Counted from the stretch's first letter, positions 1 through 53,399 are shown. The stretch is DNA of 64,000 nt from Tubiluchus corallicola (GCA_030141605.1 JAQGDQ010000002.1:1054001-1118000); one strand, 5' to 3'. The notes: generated from the sequence alone by a model not told the origin. Numbers and translations are program-made.

Positions 1-229
1 CTATTACACGTGATTGTTTTGTTTCTTGAAACAAAACGCTTTTGAAACTGCTACTAAAACAAAATTTGTTTTTAATAATTTTGTCCTTTTTGATGTTTTA
101 ATCAAAACTAGCAGTTACCGAAAATTGATTGCTAAAACTGTCTAATTTTATCGCTACATTTCAGCTCAGTTAAAAAGAATCCTATTGGAAATTGTTATTA
201 TCTAGGAGATTCATAATATCCAAACTCAC

Positions 230-612
230 TGTGGACCTTCTTGCAGAACTGGTACAACTTGCTGATAATACGACAACCATACTTCATCATTATATTGTAG
301 ACTTTCTCTAAACTGCTTAAGTCGCTGGCAGACAACTGCGACCTCCTCTTGTGGCTGTGGTATTAGGTCTACTGGTGCTGGAGTCACATTACTAGGAGAG
401 AAATATGTGGCAGGTAGTGATGGGATTGGGGGAGGCAAGGGAGGCGCAGAAGTGTGTTGCTGCCGAGTCAACTGGGTAGTTTCTACAGATGTAGCACATA
501 ATGAAGAACGAGGCAATTCTAAGGTAACAACATCAAGGACCGGATTCGATAAAGGTGCTGTACAGTCAGAAGAAGATGATATGTGATCAGTTTGTATAGC
601 TGCCATTATCAT
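230..612 (-). CDS. Probable coding exon of an unidentified gene continuing left beyond the window (Pro/Ser-rich segment then a helical-looking segment)
   Basis: ORF 226..630(-) ends at a GTGAGT donor (exon end 230). A pyrimidine-rich acceptor (TTTTTTTCAG) lies at ~668, and in-frame ATGs (MIMAAIQTD...) lie near 612. No family recognised. Confidence 0.5.
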
Positions 613-964
613 TCTCCATGTGTAAAACAAATTAAAGCATTAATCATTGCATTAAATGCCCTCATATCTGAAAAAAATGCATATGAAAATATCAATGCAA
701 CATTTTCTTATAAGGTCTTTTTTACAGTATACTTAGTATTCATGATAATAAAACAGCAGCTGAGAATGGTCATTCAAGGGTTGATAAGTAATGATATCTC
801 TAATAAAGAATTCTAATACTGTCGATATGAAAGCAAACATTTTGTGAGGACAACGAGAATTGCATAAAGGCCACAGTGTGTGCTTAGCGATCTAAGTTAA
901 GTCGAGCCTGATCAGTAAATATGTGGGTCCCAACAGGAAATTGGTTCTAAATGTTTGATTTTCA

Positions 965-1270
965 GACATGCCAACTCACACGCATTAGGCATGTGTCTCA
1001 CGCCTTTTAAGTCTTTCACACGTACAAACGCATCAAATTTCAGCTCTCACACATTTCAAAACCTCACACGCAAGTTTGCAAACAACATTACTTGAATGGC
1101 TTCCTTTGCCAAGTACAACATAATTAGTAGTAGTATTCTCAATAATACAGTAGCGTTCATGAATCTCACAATGTATATTACACTAAAGGGTATCACAATT
1201 AATAAAATTAAGCACTTTTGGGTGCTTTTGAGTTTTTTCATGTGTACAAAAGAACATAATTATTTATATA
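965..1270. repeat. Dispersed repeat, copy 1 (second copy ~54140-54365)
   Basis: Shares 'cattaggcatgtgtc.cac...ttttaagtc.ttcaca...tcaaatttcag...gcaagtttgcaaa...tatcacaatt' with 54140-54365. Confidence 0.7.
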
Positions 1271-1370
1271 CTAGCTGAACACCGCAAAAAGAATTTTGCG
1301 CATAAATGAACATGCCACATCACCCATACCATACCACCCCACCACACTTCCCATACCACACGAGCACCTC
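1271..1370 (-). mobile_element. Helitron-type 3' terminal fragment
   Basis: The minus strand reads CGCAAAA-ttct-TTTTGCG hairpin, 8 nt spacer, then CTAG|T. The hairpin stem is the same as in the element at 13504-14310, and the adjacent GTGG-rich tract resembles 59300-59370. Confidence 0.6.
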
Positions 1371-2640
1371 AATTAAGCATCGCAACTAGGCCTTGCTAAA
1401 ACCAACCGACAATTTTTCAACACACTGTTACACACAGCAGGCCAATATCTTTGTGAAATTACTATTTGTGGCAATACGTCTGGATGCCGTGAAATTGTTC
1501 ACTTGTTGTTCATGTCTATGACTATGCACTTGTGGCTTTCTTGTTAATTTAGTAAAAGAAAGTATAAATCTTGCGACGATTGTAAATAACTAAATTGTCA
1601 ACAACTTACTTTTCAATGAACTTAGTGTAATTGCTTTGTGTATGACTTGATTTTTTCCGGTAAACTGGCAAAAAACTAAAAATCTCACTAACCTTCGACA
1701 AATATTCAGTATCCAGAAATTTAGCTCAAATGCAGTATTTTGACAAAATAAAATGTTAAATTGTAGTAATTCTGTTTAAATTCAGTTGGGAGAAAAATAT
1801 TTGCACAAATTCAGTTTCAATTCCAGGTTCGAGAAAATTTTTTGAAAAACTTGTAACCATTTTGGTTCAGAACAATCACGTTCAGCGCATACCTTGAAAC
1901 GGTGGTGATGAACATACGCTGCCAAACTAACCAATGAAACCATTAGTTGTAACCTTTACTACAAACTCTACATATTACAGTGCATTCGAAACTTGTTTAC
2001 AATTACTAATGCTAAGACACAGTTACAGCTCTAGACAGCATCTATAGACACTGACATTTTTATTTTATTCCTCATAAAAGACTTTCAAGCTGTGGCGAAA
2101 TATGTTGAAATATGTATGATGAAACGCAAACAAATTGGTGAAGAGATGAATTAAAAAAGAAATGGTCAGTACAAAAGAGACATGAAAAACGATCGCAAAA
2201 TGCAGTGAAATTTGATTTTGCAAACTAAGAAGTTTACTCATCCATTGGTGAAGTGGATCTAGTGGAATCACAGATTACAACGTTTTATTAAACAACAATT
2301 ATAAAAAATAAGAAAAATAAAAAACGCATGAAGGAAAGTATCAGGCGAGGTATCATCAAGCCAGCTACTCTTCCTGAAATAACGGAAATTACAAGAAAAT
2401 TACGTAACAATTATGTGACATGAGACTACATGATTTTCTTTTGTTATAATTTCCACTGATCTAAAAAGAGTAGCTGATGAAACTAATGAAAATGAATCAA
2501 AATGTCAGCAAAGTAAAAATGCTCAAACAGAGGCGTAACAAATACATGTAACTGCTGCAACATATATATATATTATTTACGTTGAATTAGTTAGCTTAAC
2601 CATAGAAAAACGCTGCCACAAAAATACCATAGATAGGCTG

Positions 2641-2655
2641 TATCGATCACGTGAC
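2641..2655. promoter_or_regulatory. Candidate promoter motifs upstream of Churchill: DRE-like TATCGAT overlapping the E-box TCACGTGAC
   Basis: Sequence tatcgatcacgtgac lies ~180 nt upstream of the Churchill ATG, between divergent genes. Function is inferred. Confidence 0.35.
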
Positions 2656-2831
2656 AAAAACAATACCTACTAGCGGCATCTACTAGTGAATATTTCGTGT
2701 GTTTATGTTTGTGTGTCATCTTGGTTTTGTCTAAAATAACAATTAATTAAGATACAGTTTATTATTTTTATTAATGCTGGACACGTAATAAATGAAATTA
2801 TGTGTGCTGCATTAGGTAACTAACAGGAAAA

Positions 2832-5800
2832 ATGTGTGTACAGTGTGTAAAGCTTCAGTATCCAGAAAGGGTAAAGCTAATCATTGTGAATCTACAGTAC
2901 ACCGAGTCCTTTAGTTTTGCCTGCTTAGAGCTTAGCCAGTTACACTTTGAGGAGTAGGGATAATTGTTCATACTTATTGCTACATTTACTTAAAGATAAT
3001 TTTTCAGCAGTATACTCTTTACTGTAATTTCTAGTATAATTAGTTTTAATCACAAAAGTGACTACATAAGCAACTTACGTTATTTACTTGATTGGTAGCT
3101 TTACCATTAGCTAGACTACAGCTTTACCATTTACCAAGAGCTCAATCTGCTCTTGCACACTCAATAGGTAGTGCTCACCTTGGAAAACGTGAAGTGGAGC
3201 CAGCGAACCGCTGATTAGTTGTTCTTCAGCAGTGCTATTTAATTTGTGCTTAAAACACCACTGATTCTGCAGTGACCATGTTCTCAAACAGAACATTCCT
3301 GTCATCCACGTAGAATGATCCTTTTCGACTGTACTATGATTGTAGAGATGAATAGATCAGTGATGAATGAGGTCAATTTTTGGTAGGAATCAGTAAATAT
3401 CTGGTTGGCTCCAGCTTAAAAAATGTATTTTTAAAACAATACTTACAAAACTGAAAGAAAAATGAGAATTAATTCACAATTAATTAGTAGATTTAAAGGC
3501 AGAACCAACTCTCGAACAACATTTATTGCATTTGAATGTACAATTAAAAATATTGAAATCACAACACAAAATATGCACATAAAATGCTTTGCTTAAAAAT
3601 GTAAAAGAAATTTAAATATTTCTTATCTCCCGCCAAATGAACGTTGATGCCGGCATATTTCAAAAAAATGACGTAAGCTGGTGTCTGCTGAGCAGCGTGA
3701 ATGGTGTAAAGGCAAGCTGTCATGAAGGTACACGTTGCAAAATTGCTACAGTTTGCTTAGAAGTTCCGTTATTGTAATGTTATGTTTAACTGTGTTTATC
3801 TAGAAATTAGTCATTCGATCAGTTATGATCAAATTTGAAGTGGTTACATTGCTTTAATCTATAGGATTACACCTTAAAATGTGTAAGTAATTAACATTAA
3901 TTGGATAAATAATTACATATTTTTGTTGACTTTTACATACGCATGTAAACTTGCCAGCACGTAGTAGGTGCAGGGCTGGTTCCTTTGTTTATAGAGTTCG
4001 CTCTGTAAGTTAAAAAAGATTCTGAAGCACTTAGCAGGATAAGTGTTTATATTGCACGGAAACCGGATGGTTCCATTTTTCGATAAAATGAACGCGCCCA
4101 AGGGTAAAGTAATCACGACTTTAAATTGATTTTACTAATTACACAAGATGCTTATCACAGTTTTATTGCTGAAACTTTCTAACATTTTTCCTAAATGTTA
4201 AAATAAGCTCAGTTGCCCGAGAGACTTGGCTTTTGCTTTAATATTCTAATAAAAATAGTGTCTTTACTTAAAGTTCTCAACTGGAACTAGTTGAAATGCT
4301 TAGTAAAATGGCTTAAAGTCAACCTTCAGAGTCGAAATTTTGGACTACTGGATTCAGTATTCAATTCAATTCAGTTTTCAACGTAGCTTGAAAGAGCAGT
4401 GAAAGACTTGTTGGTCACTTTAGCTGCCCTTTATTAAAGGTAAAAATTTACTTACAGATGCAAAAAAGTATGGGTGAGTTTTGAGTAATTATTAGATTTT
4501 GTACGAAAAAACTCAAAATATAAAATTTGGCATCTTATGAACATTGTGTTTTGAACAATTTTTCTTGTCAGAATTTTAAATAGCAGAGAAGAAATAATTA
4601 CAAATAGCAATCACGTTAAGAATTGAAATACTAGGTTATCACTACTGTTGTACTGGACAGTGCTGCAGGCTCAGACCAGCAGGCTGTTACCCCTCAGATG
4701 ATTTCATAGACTTTATAGTTTAGTCTTTTTTTTCTAAACGTGGGCAACATAGCCAGTCTTATCAATTTGACAGTGCTAAATCTGAAAAATGCCGCTGTCA
4801 GCTCGAAAAGTTAGTGGAAAGGGCTTAAAAGCGCAAAAAAAACATAAAGGGCCACTGAGTTTTCACACAAACAAATTAAGAGAAATTTTCAGAAAATTAA
4901 CATTAAGAAGCCAATATGACATCTATTCTAGGGTAGTTGGACTTGAGGATCGCATTTTTTGTCATTTTCATTTCAAAAATGACTACCTTTTTCAAAATGG
5001 ATGCCACACAATAACGAAATAATGCTGACCTTGCAGTTACATTAACCGTTTCATCATAAGATTCATTCTTTATACGAACAAAATGCAATCAATTGGATCT
5101 TCTTGAATTCAGAAAGCTGCTACTAGCCCCAAAATAATTCAAAGTGATTCAAACAGCCCAATAAGTAAAAAACAAAACAGCCGTTGGGATCCCGACATAA
5201 TTGTCTAGCAGAATGGTGAAAAACCTGGTCTTTCCACTTAAGTTACAAAACTTTGCACAATGTTAAAACCAATCAAAGTGATAATTTTGGATATGAGGCG
5301 AAACGAAAATCATCCAATATTGCTGCTATTTCAAAATGGGCTAGAAGATGGAAGGCTGTTGGTAGTTTTTTAAAGCTGTATCAAACCATCTTATTGGTCA
5401 TCTTGAAAATGACACCCATATTGAAAGATTTTTTTTATCCAGAATTAATCACCTTAATGGGTTTTAGCATTGTACTAAATTTCGTAACTTTTAGACAATA
5501 GGAACAATTTTTCAGGATTTGCTAGACTATATGTCGAGGACACGTGGCCATTTTCTTTTTAGCTGTTTCTTATTATTTGTTATTAGGCTAGCAATATTTA
5601 TATTCAACAAGGTCAAATTAATAAAAATGACTCACCTTTTGTTTTTATAATAAATCTTTGGTAAACAAGTAATATAATTGATTGGCATAATTTCTTCTTG
5701 TGTGGCAGCCATTTTGAAAACCGTGACGATTTTTGTAACAAAAGTAACAGAAATAAATTGCAAAAGCCCTGGAACAGATGTCATCATCACTTCATAATGT

Positions 5801-8800
5801 TAATTTTCTGGGAACTTGTTTTGATTTACATTGTGTGCACAAAAACATTGCAGCCATTTTGTTTTTTGCATTTTTAAACCATTTCTTTTAATTTCTCAAG
5901 CCGCCAACAACGTTTTTCAGATTCAGCATGGTCACATTGATAAGACTGGCTATGTTACCCACTTTTTGAAAAAAATGCCCCTAAAACTTTATAGAAGTAC
6001 TTTCTTCAGGATTTGGGCATAGACTATTTAGGTACACCTGGCTTCGTGAGCTGCTGCATACATTTGACTATGATATGTTGAGTTTGATCACATGTAGTTT
6101 GTTAATTGTTTCCTGCAGTCTGCAATTGCAGTTGATGTTTAATGTCAATTTGCTGTTATAGTTGGTGCTGCTCTAATGTATGAGCAAGGATGTAAGTTAT
6201 ATTTATTTATACTACAATTGATAATTTAATAATTTTTGCAGTGTTTATTGACTTCTGGACTTAGCAGTATATGTGCTACATTGTAATGGCAGGTTAATGT
6301 TGTGCAATGTTTCTTCATGTAATTTATTTGTGTGCTACTCATGTTTAAACAGTTTTATTAATTTATTTTATAAACATTTTTATTAGCCCTCAGTGTGAAC
6401 ATTTGTGAATGTGAACCAAGCAATTAATTTATTATTTATATAACCACTAAAATGATAAATAATAATTAGTTAATGATATATTAACTAAAAATAAGTTGAA
6501 ATTTTGTATTAAATTTTTTGTAAACATGCCATCAATATTTTTATAAAATGTGCAGCAATTTATTTATTTACATTTTGATATTATTTCACAGAATAAACTA
6601 CTAATGTATACCCTTGTGTCTGGGCTTGATGTTTGGATTGGAGTGTTTGATCATTCTTGGTGAAATGGGTCTTCATGCTTCAACCTTTACTAATAGTAAT
6701 TATACTATCATGCCTAAATTTAAAGAAAAAACAAAACTGTAATCTCCAAGATAGCAAATAGCAAATTAATAACAAAATATGTCAAGCAAAAAGCAAATCA
6801 GAGATCAATTCTAAAGCAAACACAAAATACCTTATAGCAAACAAAAAAGCAAAATGCAGGTCAATCCAACAGAAAATTAGGCATTGAAAGCATCTGGTGT
6901 ACATAGCTTACAATATCGCACAATAAGTATGAGCATACTACATAAACAAAAAGCAAACAAAAATAAACAAGTAAAAGCAAAACAAAAGTAAGCTCAAAGC
7001 AAAAATTTAATACAAGCAAAAGCAAACTAAAAGTATGAATTTGAGTTGGAGTTGGTAGGCTTTTGGGCTGTCTTCACAGTCCTAGTTCTTTCCTAAATAG
7101 AAACTGATTTTAGGCAAAGGCTGCTGTGAGGTAGATTCATCAATCATAACTCATATACTGACTTTGGGGAATAAAAAAATATGCAAACTATATCACGCTC
7201 TCACACGAGTTGTTCTCGTTGACTGATCGACAATTTTATTTTCTACCCGTATCTTAAATAGAATTTAGTTCCTATGTGTACCCCAAAGCAAGTCATTGAT
7301 TTTGATGAAACTTTTCAGCTACAGCCTTGAACATTAGCTTCCAGAGTTTGGCCTTAAGTATGTTGAATACTTTCCCATGATATAGTATGCAAACTATGAG
7401 GTGTAATCTACTAATGAAAAAGGTAAACATTACAGGCTAGTTTCTTTAAAGTCTTAATAATGTAGATTAGTTACGGGAACTTTGTTCATCTGATAGAACC
7501 ACCTCATTTTTGTCACACTTTAAAAATAAAAAATATGGCTCAATAAGCTGAGTAAAAATATAACTTAAACTTCATGTTTTTTCAGGGCACTATTTGTCTT
7601 GAAGCAGGATCATACTTGTTGAACTTTGTTGGCTGTGCAAACTGCAGTAAAAGGGAATTTATTCGAATCATTAACAAGCAGCATTCCACCGATGAAGATG
7701 GAGAAGAGACTATAAAATACATCCGTATGTACTACAGAGGTTTTGATACATTTGTTTTCACATACAGTAGTACCGTGCTTAAAGCAAAGAGGTACGGTTT
7801 TGCCTGTAAGTTGAAAAAACGAACATAGCTGCTAAACAGCACTAAGCTTAAGCTTCAGATATCAACGACAGTGTTTATCTTATCAAATCATTTTTTGTCT
7901 AAAAGTTAAATGAGACTGTGGGGCAATTATAGTTTTTTCAATATTTAATAGACTCCTGCCAGAACTGCGACCATGTAATTGCAGAGCACAAGTATTCATT
8001 CAAAGTGGACGGTGAATTTCAGGTAATTCTTTAATGAACTTGCTCAGCCGGAATACTTTCAATCTGTTTGTTGTACTGTGCCAATACAGTGTGTGTTAGA
8101 TTGAAGCAAGAGGTCTACAAATTTTAAACTGAGACAGTTTTCTGTTTCCATGTGCTAGTATAAAATAGATCTTCTTTATAGCTTTCATTAAAAAAAGTGC
8201 ATCAATCAAAAGTAGTAACAAGTAAATAATATGCATTAATTTTGAAACCAAATGTATTTTGGTTTGGTGTTGGTTGAACTTTTCAACCTAGTTTCGAGTC
8301 TTCATTTTATTTGCACTCATCGTCTGGTACAGCTGAAGAAAACACTAAAAGAAAAACGTAAATAAGTTTGTCATTGTTGACTGAGGTTATGCTCTAAAAT
8401 ATGATTGAGAATATGTTACATATACATGTTTCGTATATTGAAAAGTTTCAGCTGTACTTGATATCTTGACTCTCAGGCCATCTGTATTCTAGCTGATGCA
8501 CAAGAAAATTTTAAGATGAACAAGGAAATTTTAAGAAAAAGAAAAATGTAATTTTGTGCCTTATAGATTACTTTTAGCTAACAGAGTGCCTTTTTCCTGA
8601 TGTTTGTCACTCCTGTTTCACACTTGCCTGTTATTAGTTAGACTTCATATTGGACCATACATATCCAACCCTTAATTTGTTAGTAAATCTTATCGCTGAA
8701 GTGTATCTTAATGTCATAGATTGTTCTTTCCAGGAATATGAAATGAAGTGTTGTCTGTGCGGCATTGCAGAAGATACAATAAGCATTCTGCCAAACGACC

Positions 8801-8826
8801 CTCGGCATGCAACTGCTTTCTTTTAG
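2832..8826 (+). CDS. CHURC1: Protein Churchill (zinc-binding), 113 aa; exons 2832-2870, 7586-7724, 7952-8022, 8734-8826
   Basis: Spliced translation MCVQCVKLQYPERGTICLEAGSYLLNFVGCANCSKREFIRIINKQHSTDEDGEETIKYIHSCQNCDHVIAEHKYSFKVDGEFQEYEMKCCLCGIAEDTISILPNDPRHATAFF* follows the recalled human Churchill end to end (MCGDCVEKEYPNRG...CLLCGKAEDTISILPDDPR). All introns are GT-AG with consistent phases. Confidence 0.95.
4710..5995. mobile_element. Non-autonomous element with long inverted arms in Churchill intron 1
   Basis: 4740-4790 (gtgggcaacatagccagtcttatcaatttgacagtgctaaatctgaaaa) is a near reverse complement of 5914-5962. Exact termini were not resolved. Confidence 0.6.
6745..7032. repeat. A-rich low-complexity tract built on AAGCAAA units
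   Basis: Many irregular agcaaa/aagcaaaa units. Confidence 0.6.
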
Positions 8827-9015
8827 CATTTAAAAAGTCTTGCTGTATAAGTATTACTTGGATGACATTGACACTGCTCCAATTTGTCGTAATCCAGCAT
8901 CATTTTTAGTTTGCTAGATCAGCAAACATTATAAGTTTCTGTGTTTCATTTGGCTAAATTAACTGATATAAGTTTTGTATAACAACTGAATCAACTTCCT
9001 GACCTGTTGGCAAAT

Positions 9016-11582
9016 ATGCCACTTATTCGGAGGATAGCAAAGGTAGTTAACTCTTTTTAAGTATTCGTATAGTGCACATCAATTTCTAGTTCTGTTTTTA
9101 TAGATGTGTAGAGTGATTAGCTTGTTAGAAGCTGAATCTCAAGTTGTCAGCTTTATAAACTGGGCTAGATTAAATTTGATTATGTACAAAAATCCATAAA
9201 ATTGCTCTATAGTCAAAGTCTCAAAGTTACCCAATTTTAGCTTGCTGTAAGCTGACTGCTATACTGTCCTAGCTGATGAAGGTCGAGAGACCAAAAGCTT
9301 CTAGTCTGAAAACTTTGAGACTATAGATCAATTTTATAGACTTTATGAAATGACAGACCTCAAGCAAGCACTCAGTTACATAAAGAATATAGATTATATG
9401 CATTTTGTTTACCTTTTTTGTAAATATCTACAAGAAAATTTTAAAAATATAAAAATTATGGATATGCATAGGGTTTTATTAGTAGGACTACATGAATAGG
9501 TTTAATTTTTTTAAATTGTTGACATGGGCATAACAACCGAATGATTTTTTTTGTAATGGTGCCCAATCCTTGAAAGATATCATTACAGAAGAATAAGCAC
9601 TGAATAACAAGCTGGTAATGAGATGCAGTTGCATATTACCTTACTGTAGCTCAAATTCTAAAATCCAAAAAAACTGTGACTACTAAAAGCACTTCAACTC
9701 TTTGCTGGCTGCAGATTTGAATAGTACACTAATATAGATGTAAATTTCACTTAATTATGTAATTATAATTTTGTGAATTTTTGCTATATTTTTTAGTCTT
9801 TATCAAATGGAAGATTGCATTTTCGAAACACCGGCAAGATATTTGGAATACCACAAAGCACTGGTAGGCTGCCTGAAAATACAATTTTCCCATTGGGCAC
9901 TTGGAAATTAAATTTGCCCAACTTGTCTAGAAACTGCAGTCAACAAGTTTTGTCATATCACAGACATTCACTGCAGTTATCTAGCTGTCGTCATCTGTGG
10001 GGATGGCTGAATACTATTTTCAATTTGTAAGTTTTTATATTGGCAATATTCTAGCAATGTACGTTCGATTTTTTAAACAGTATTATTATTATAATATTAA
10101 ACCGAACTTTTTAGTGTCACCTCTTACTTTTGGAAACAACAATTTTTTTATTGTGCAATATAATGCAGGCTAATTGTTCAAAAACTAACATCCTGTCCAG
10201 AATATATGGCTTACACAAAAGCCTTCCTATAGGAAATTAGCAAAACATTAATAACTTTAATGAGTTCTAATAGCACCACTGGAAAGTGGTCTTCTCTTCC
10301 TTCTTCATGGGTGGCATCTGCCTTAATATACTAATGGCAGCTAAAATTAAATCAATGTTGACATCAAACAATGAACTGCAATAACATTATAGCATAAGTT
10401 AGAGAAACTTGATTGTGAATTCCAGTTAATAAGCAAAACTGGCAAGAGTATCTCTCTTGCTAACATGCAAGCATGTTTTATGAAAGCAATATAGATGGCT
10501 TATAGTTACAATCTATGATTATGAAAATGCTTTCAGAAATTTTAATTGCATTGTACTTAATGTAAAAATTCAATAGCCTTGTTGTAATTTTGTAAACCAT
10601 GTTTGTGTTTTGCAGGGTGTCTGAACATCGCATCAATGAAGTGGGACCAGATCGTGCTTGTGTTGAATGGCTCATGCGCTGTGGTGCTGTTGTAAAATTT
10701 ATCAGCTGTGAACGGTGGCAGATGGACTATAACACGCTACCTACTGGAGACTTTAGAAAGGATAAAATAGAAATGATAGATGCAACAGACTCAGCTGTTA
10801 TGAATATTGGTTTCACACACCTTAGTAAGTTTGGAAAAAATTACAATGAAAATGATTTGACTGTAGACCTGTATATTATCTTGGAGGTTGATAACTACCT
10901 ATGTTCAAGTTTTGTGTTAAATTGGTTTGTTTCTTGCAGCTAAATTGTGTGCAGTATAGCCAAGCAAGGACAAAATTGCTGTCAGCATTACAGATCTGTT
11001 AGTCATTTGCTGTCTGTTAACTGGATTGCAGTTTAACCATTAAACAATTTGTGATTTTTTACATTCATTTTCAGAAGGCTGTCACCACATTCGATGGATT
11101 CGGTTAAAGAATGCAAGTTATGTCGATAACGAGGCACTTGCCAAGCTCACGTACGTAAAAGATTCTCTGGAACACCTCGAAGTTGTCAGCTGTGGAAATG
11201 TAACGGATAAGGGACTTGCAAACCTTTGTAATTTGACGTAAGTCAAATCCAAGATCTCTCATTAATTTGTTTTTCAATTTGTACATTTCTTGCGTTTGAA
11301 AAATTCATTGCGGCTACAGTAAGTGGAACATTCAGGCTTTTTGAGAAATTATTGTATGAACATGTGTATATGTAGCTGGTTTTTGATTGAGAAAATCGTT
11401 TTATGCGTTACATTTTTATGTTTTTCAGAAAGCTGAAGTATTTAAAGTTATATGACTTGCCATACGTGAAAGACAGATCTGGTTGTGTATCCCGGCTTCA
11501 AGTAACATTGCCAAGTTGTACAATAGACTACCCAGAAACCAGTAAATCCGAGACAGAAGACACCAAAATTACGAAAAGTTAG
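9016..11582 (+). CDS. ATP5S: Mitochondrial ATP synthase subunit s / coupling factor B (DMAC2L); exons 9016-9042 (inferred), 9797-10026, 10616-10824, 11075-11237, 11429-11582
   Basis: LWGWLNTIFNLVSEHRINEVGPDRACVEWLMRCGA...WQMDYNTLPTG...IDATDSAVMNIGFTHL...LEVVSCGNVTDKGL...LKYLKLYDLPYV matches recalled human ATP5S motifs. Splice phases are consistent. The first exon (MPLIRRIAK, phase 0) gives a basic presequence-like N-terminus but is the least certain part. Confidence 0.92.
9195..9340. repeat. Small palindromic element enclosing a degenerate hammerhead-like core
   Basis: ataaaattgctctatagtc..tctcaaagtt (~9196-9228) is inverted as aactttgagactatagatcaattttat (~9311-9337). Confidence 0.55.
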
Positions 11583-12202
11583 CCAGAAAAAGGAATAATT
11601 TTGTATTAAATCAGTAATAATAATTTCGTCAATTATAGTAACTATAATGTAACATAGTAAATAAATTAATACTAAACAGCACAATAGTGTAACTTGTAAA
11701 ATACTCAAAAATCACAGATTACAGTAGATAAACATTTATTACAGTGTTCTAAAATGTATTAAAATGTGAATAATTTTATCACAATTTTCATCAATAATTA
11801 AAAAAATTAATTGTTCATCAGTGAGACAGGAAATGGACCTTACCGTGCATACATTCTTCCTAGCTTTGTACCAGGTTTCCCTCAAGTCCTGCTGCTTATC
11901 AGCCAAGGTAATTAAAAAGAAATACAAATAGTTATCTTGTTCAGCTTTGTCACGATGCCAGATTCTAAAACAACTTCTTTTGTACTGGCTCTGTGATTGA
12001 ATCATTGAGCTGTTGCAGCTCAGCCAGTTTTGTGTGTTACTTTCACTAGTTTGACCTGGGCCATTTTGTTTATGAAAATACATAGAATATTCCATTCAGT
12101 ATCTAATATTAATATAATGTAAAAGTAGAAATTCTAATGGCTCTGTAGGTGTTTGTGGTGCACAGTTGCACTAATCAAATGATGGAGAGGCTGTTAGCTA
12201 AC

Positions 12203-52829
<40,627 letters not shown>

Positions 52830-53399
52830 TCTGAAATAATACAATAAACCCGAATTTTATTTATAATTAAAAAATTATGATTTCATATTCCAGGAGTTTC
52901 ACATAGCAAGGTATAAAAAAATGCAAAACTTATGAGCATCTAAAGTAGAAATTTACCCATAAATCTTTTGTATAAGAGGAAGGTGGGTACTCAAATTAGT
53001 TTCAAATAAATGAAGGCAAACACGCAGCATAAAGCTTTGCAAATGACGAAACATAACAGGTGAAATGTGTGAAGTTAGAAGATTAAAGCACACAAGAATT
53101 CACAAGCAACACACTCGATTAAACTTTCATATTTTTTCAGTTTCACTACTGCAAGATGATTGCCAAAAATTTTTTTAAACACCAAATTTGAGTAAAGTCA
53201 TCTATTTTGTCACATGTTATCTATTATACACAAGAACAAACTGCAAGAGTGTATTCTCTTCTCACTTATAGAGCCCCACCGGATTATTAGCACAATAAAA
53301 CAGCAAAGGTGTTATTCAATGACTATGTTGCTCAACAATCAAAAATGTAAACTGCTACATGTAACCTATGAAAATTTGCAAGTATCACAAAGACAGAAT

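Noticed and set aside
8824-9018. Stop-codon readthrough from Churchill into ATP5S (the ATG at 9016 is in frame with Churchill)
   Set aside because: A second in-frame stop (TAA, 8848-8850) follows seven codons after the TAG.
11739-12095. 118-aa minus-strand ORF
   Set aside because: There is no recognisable homology, and it lies in the probable CatSper-gamma 3' UTR.
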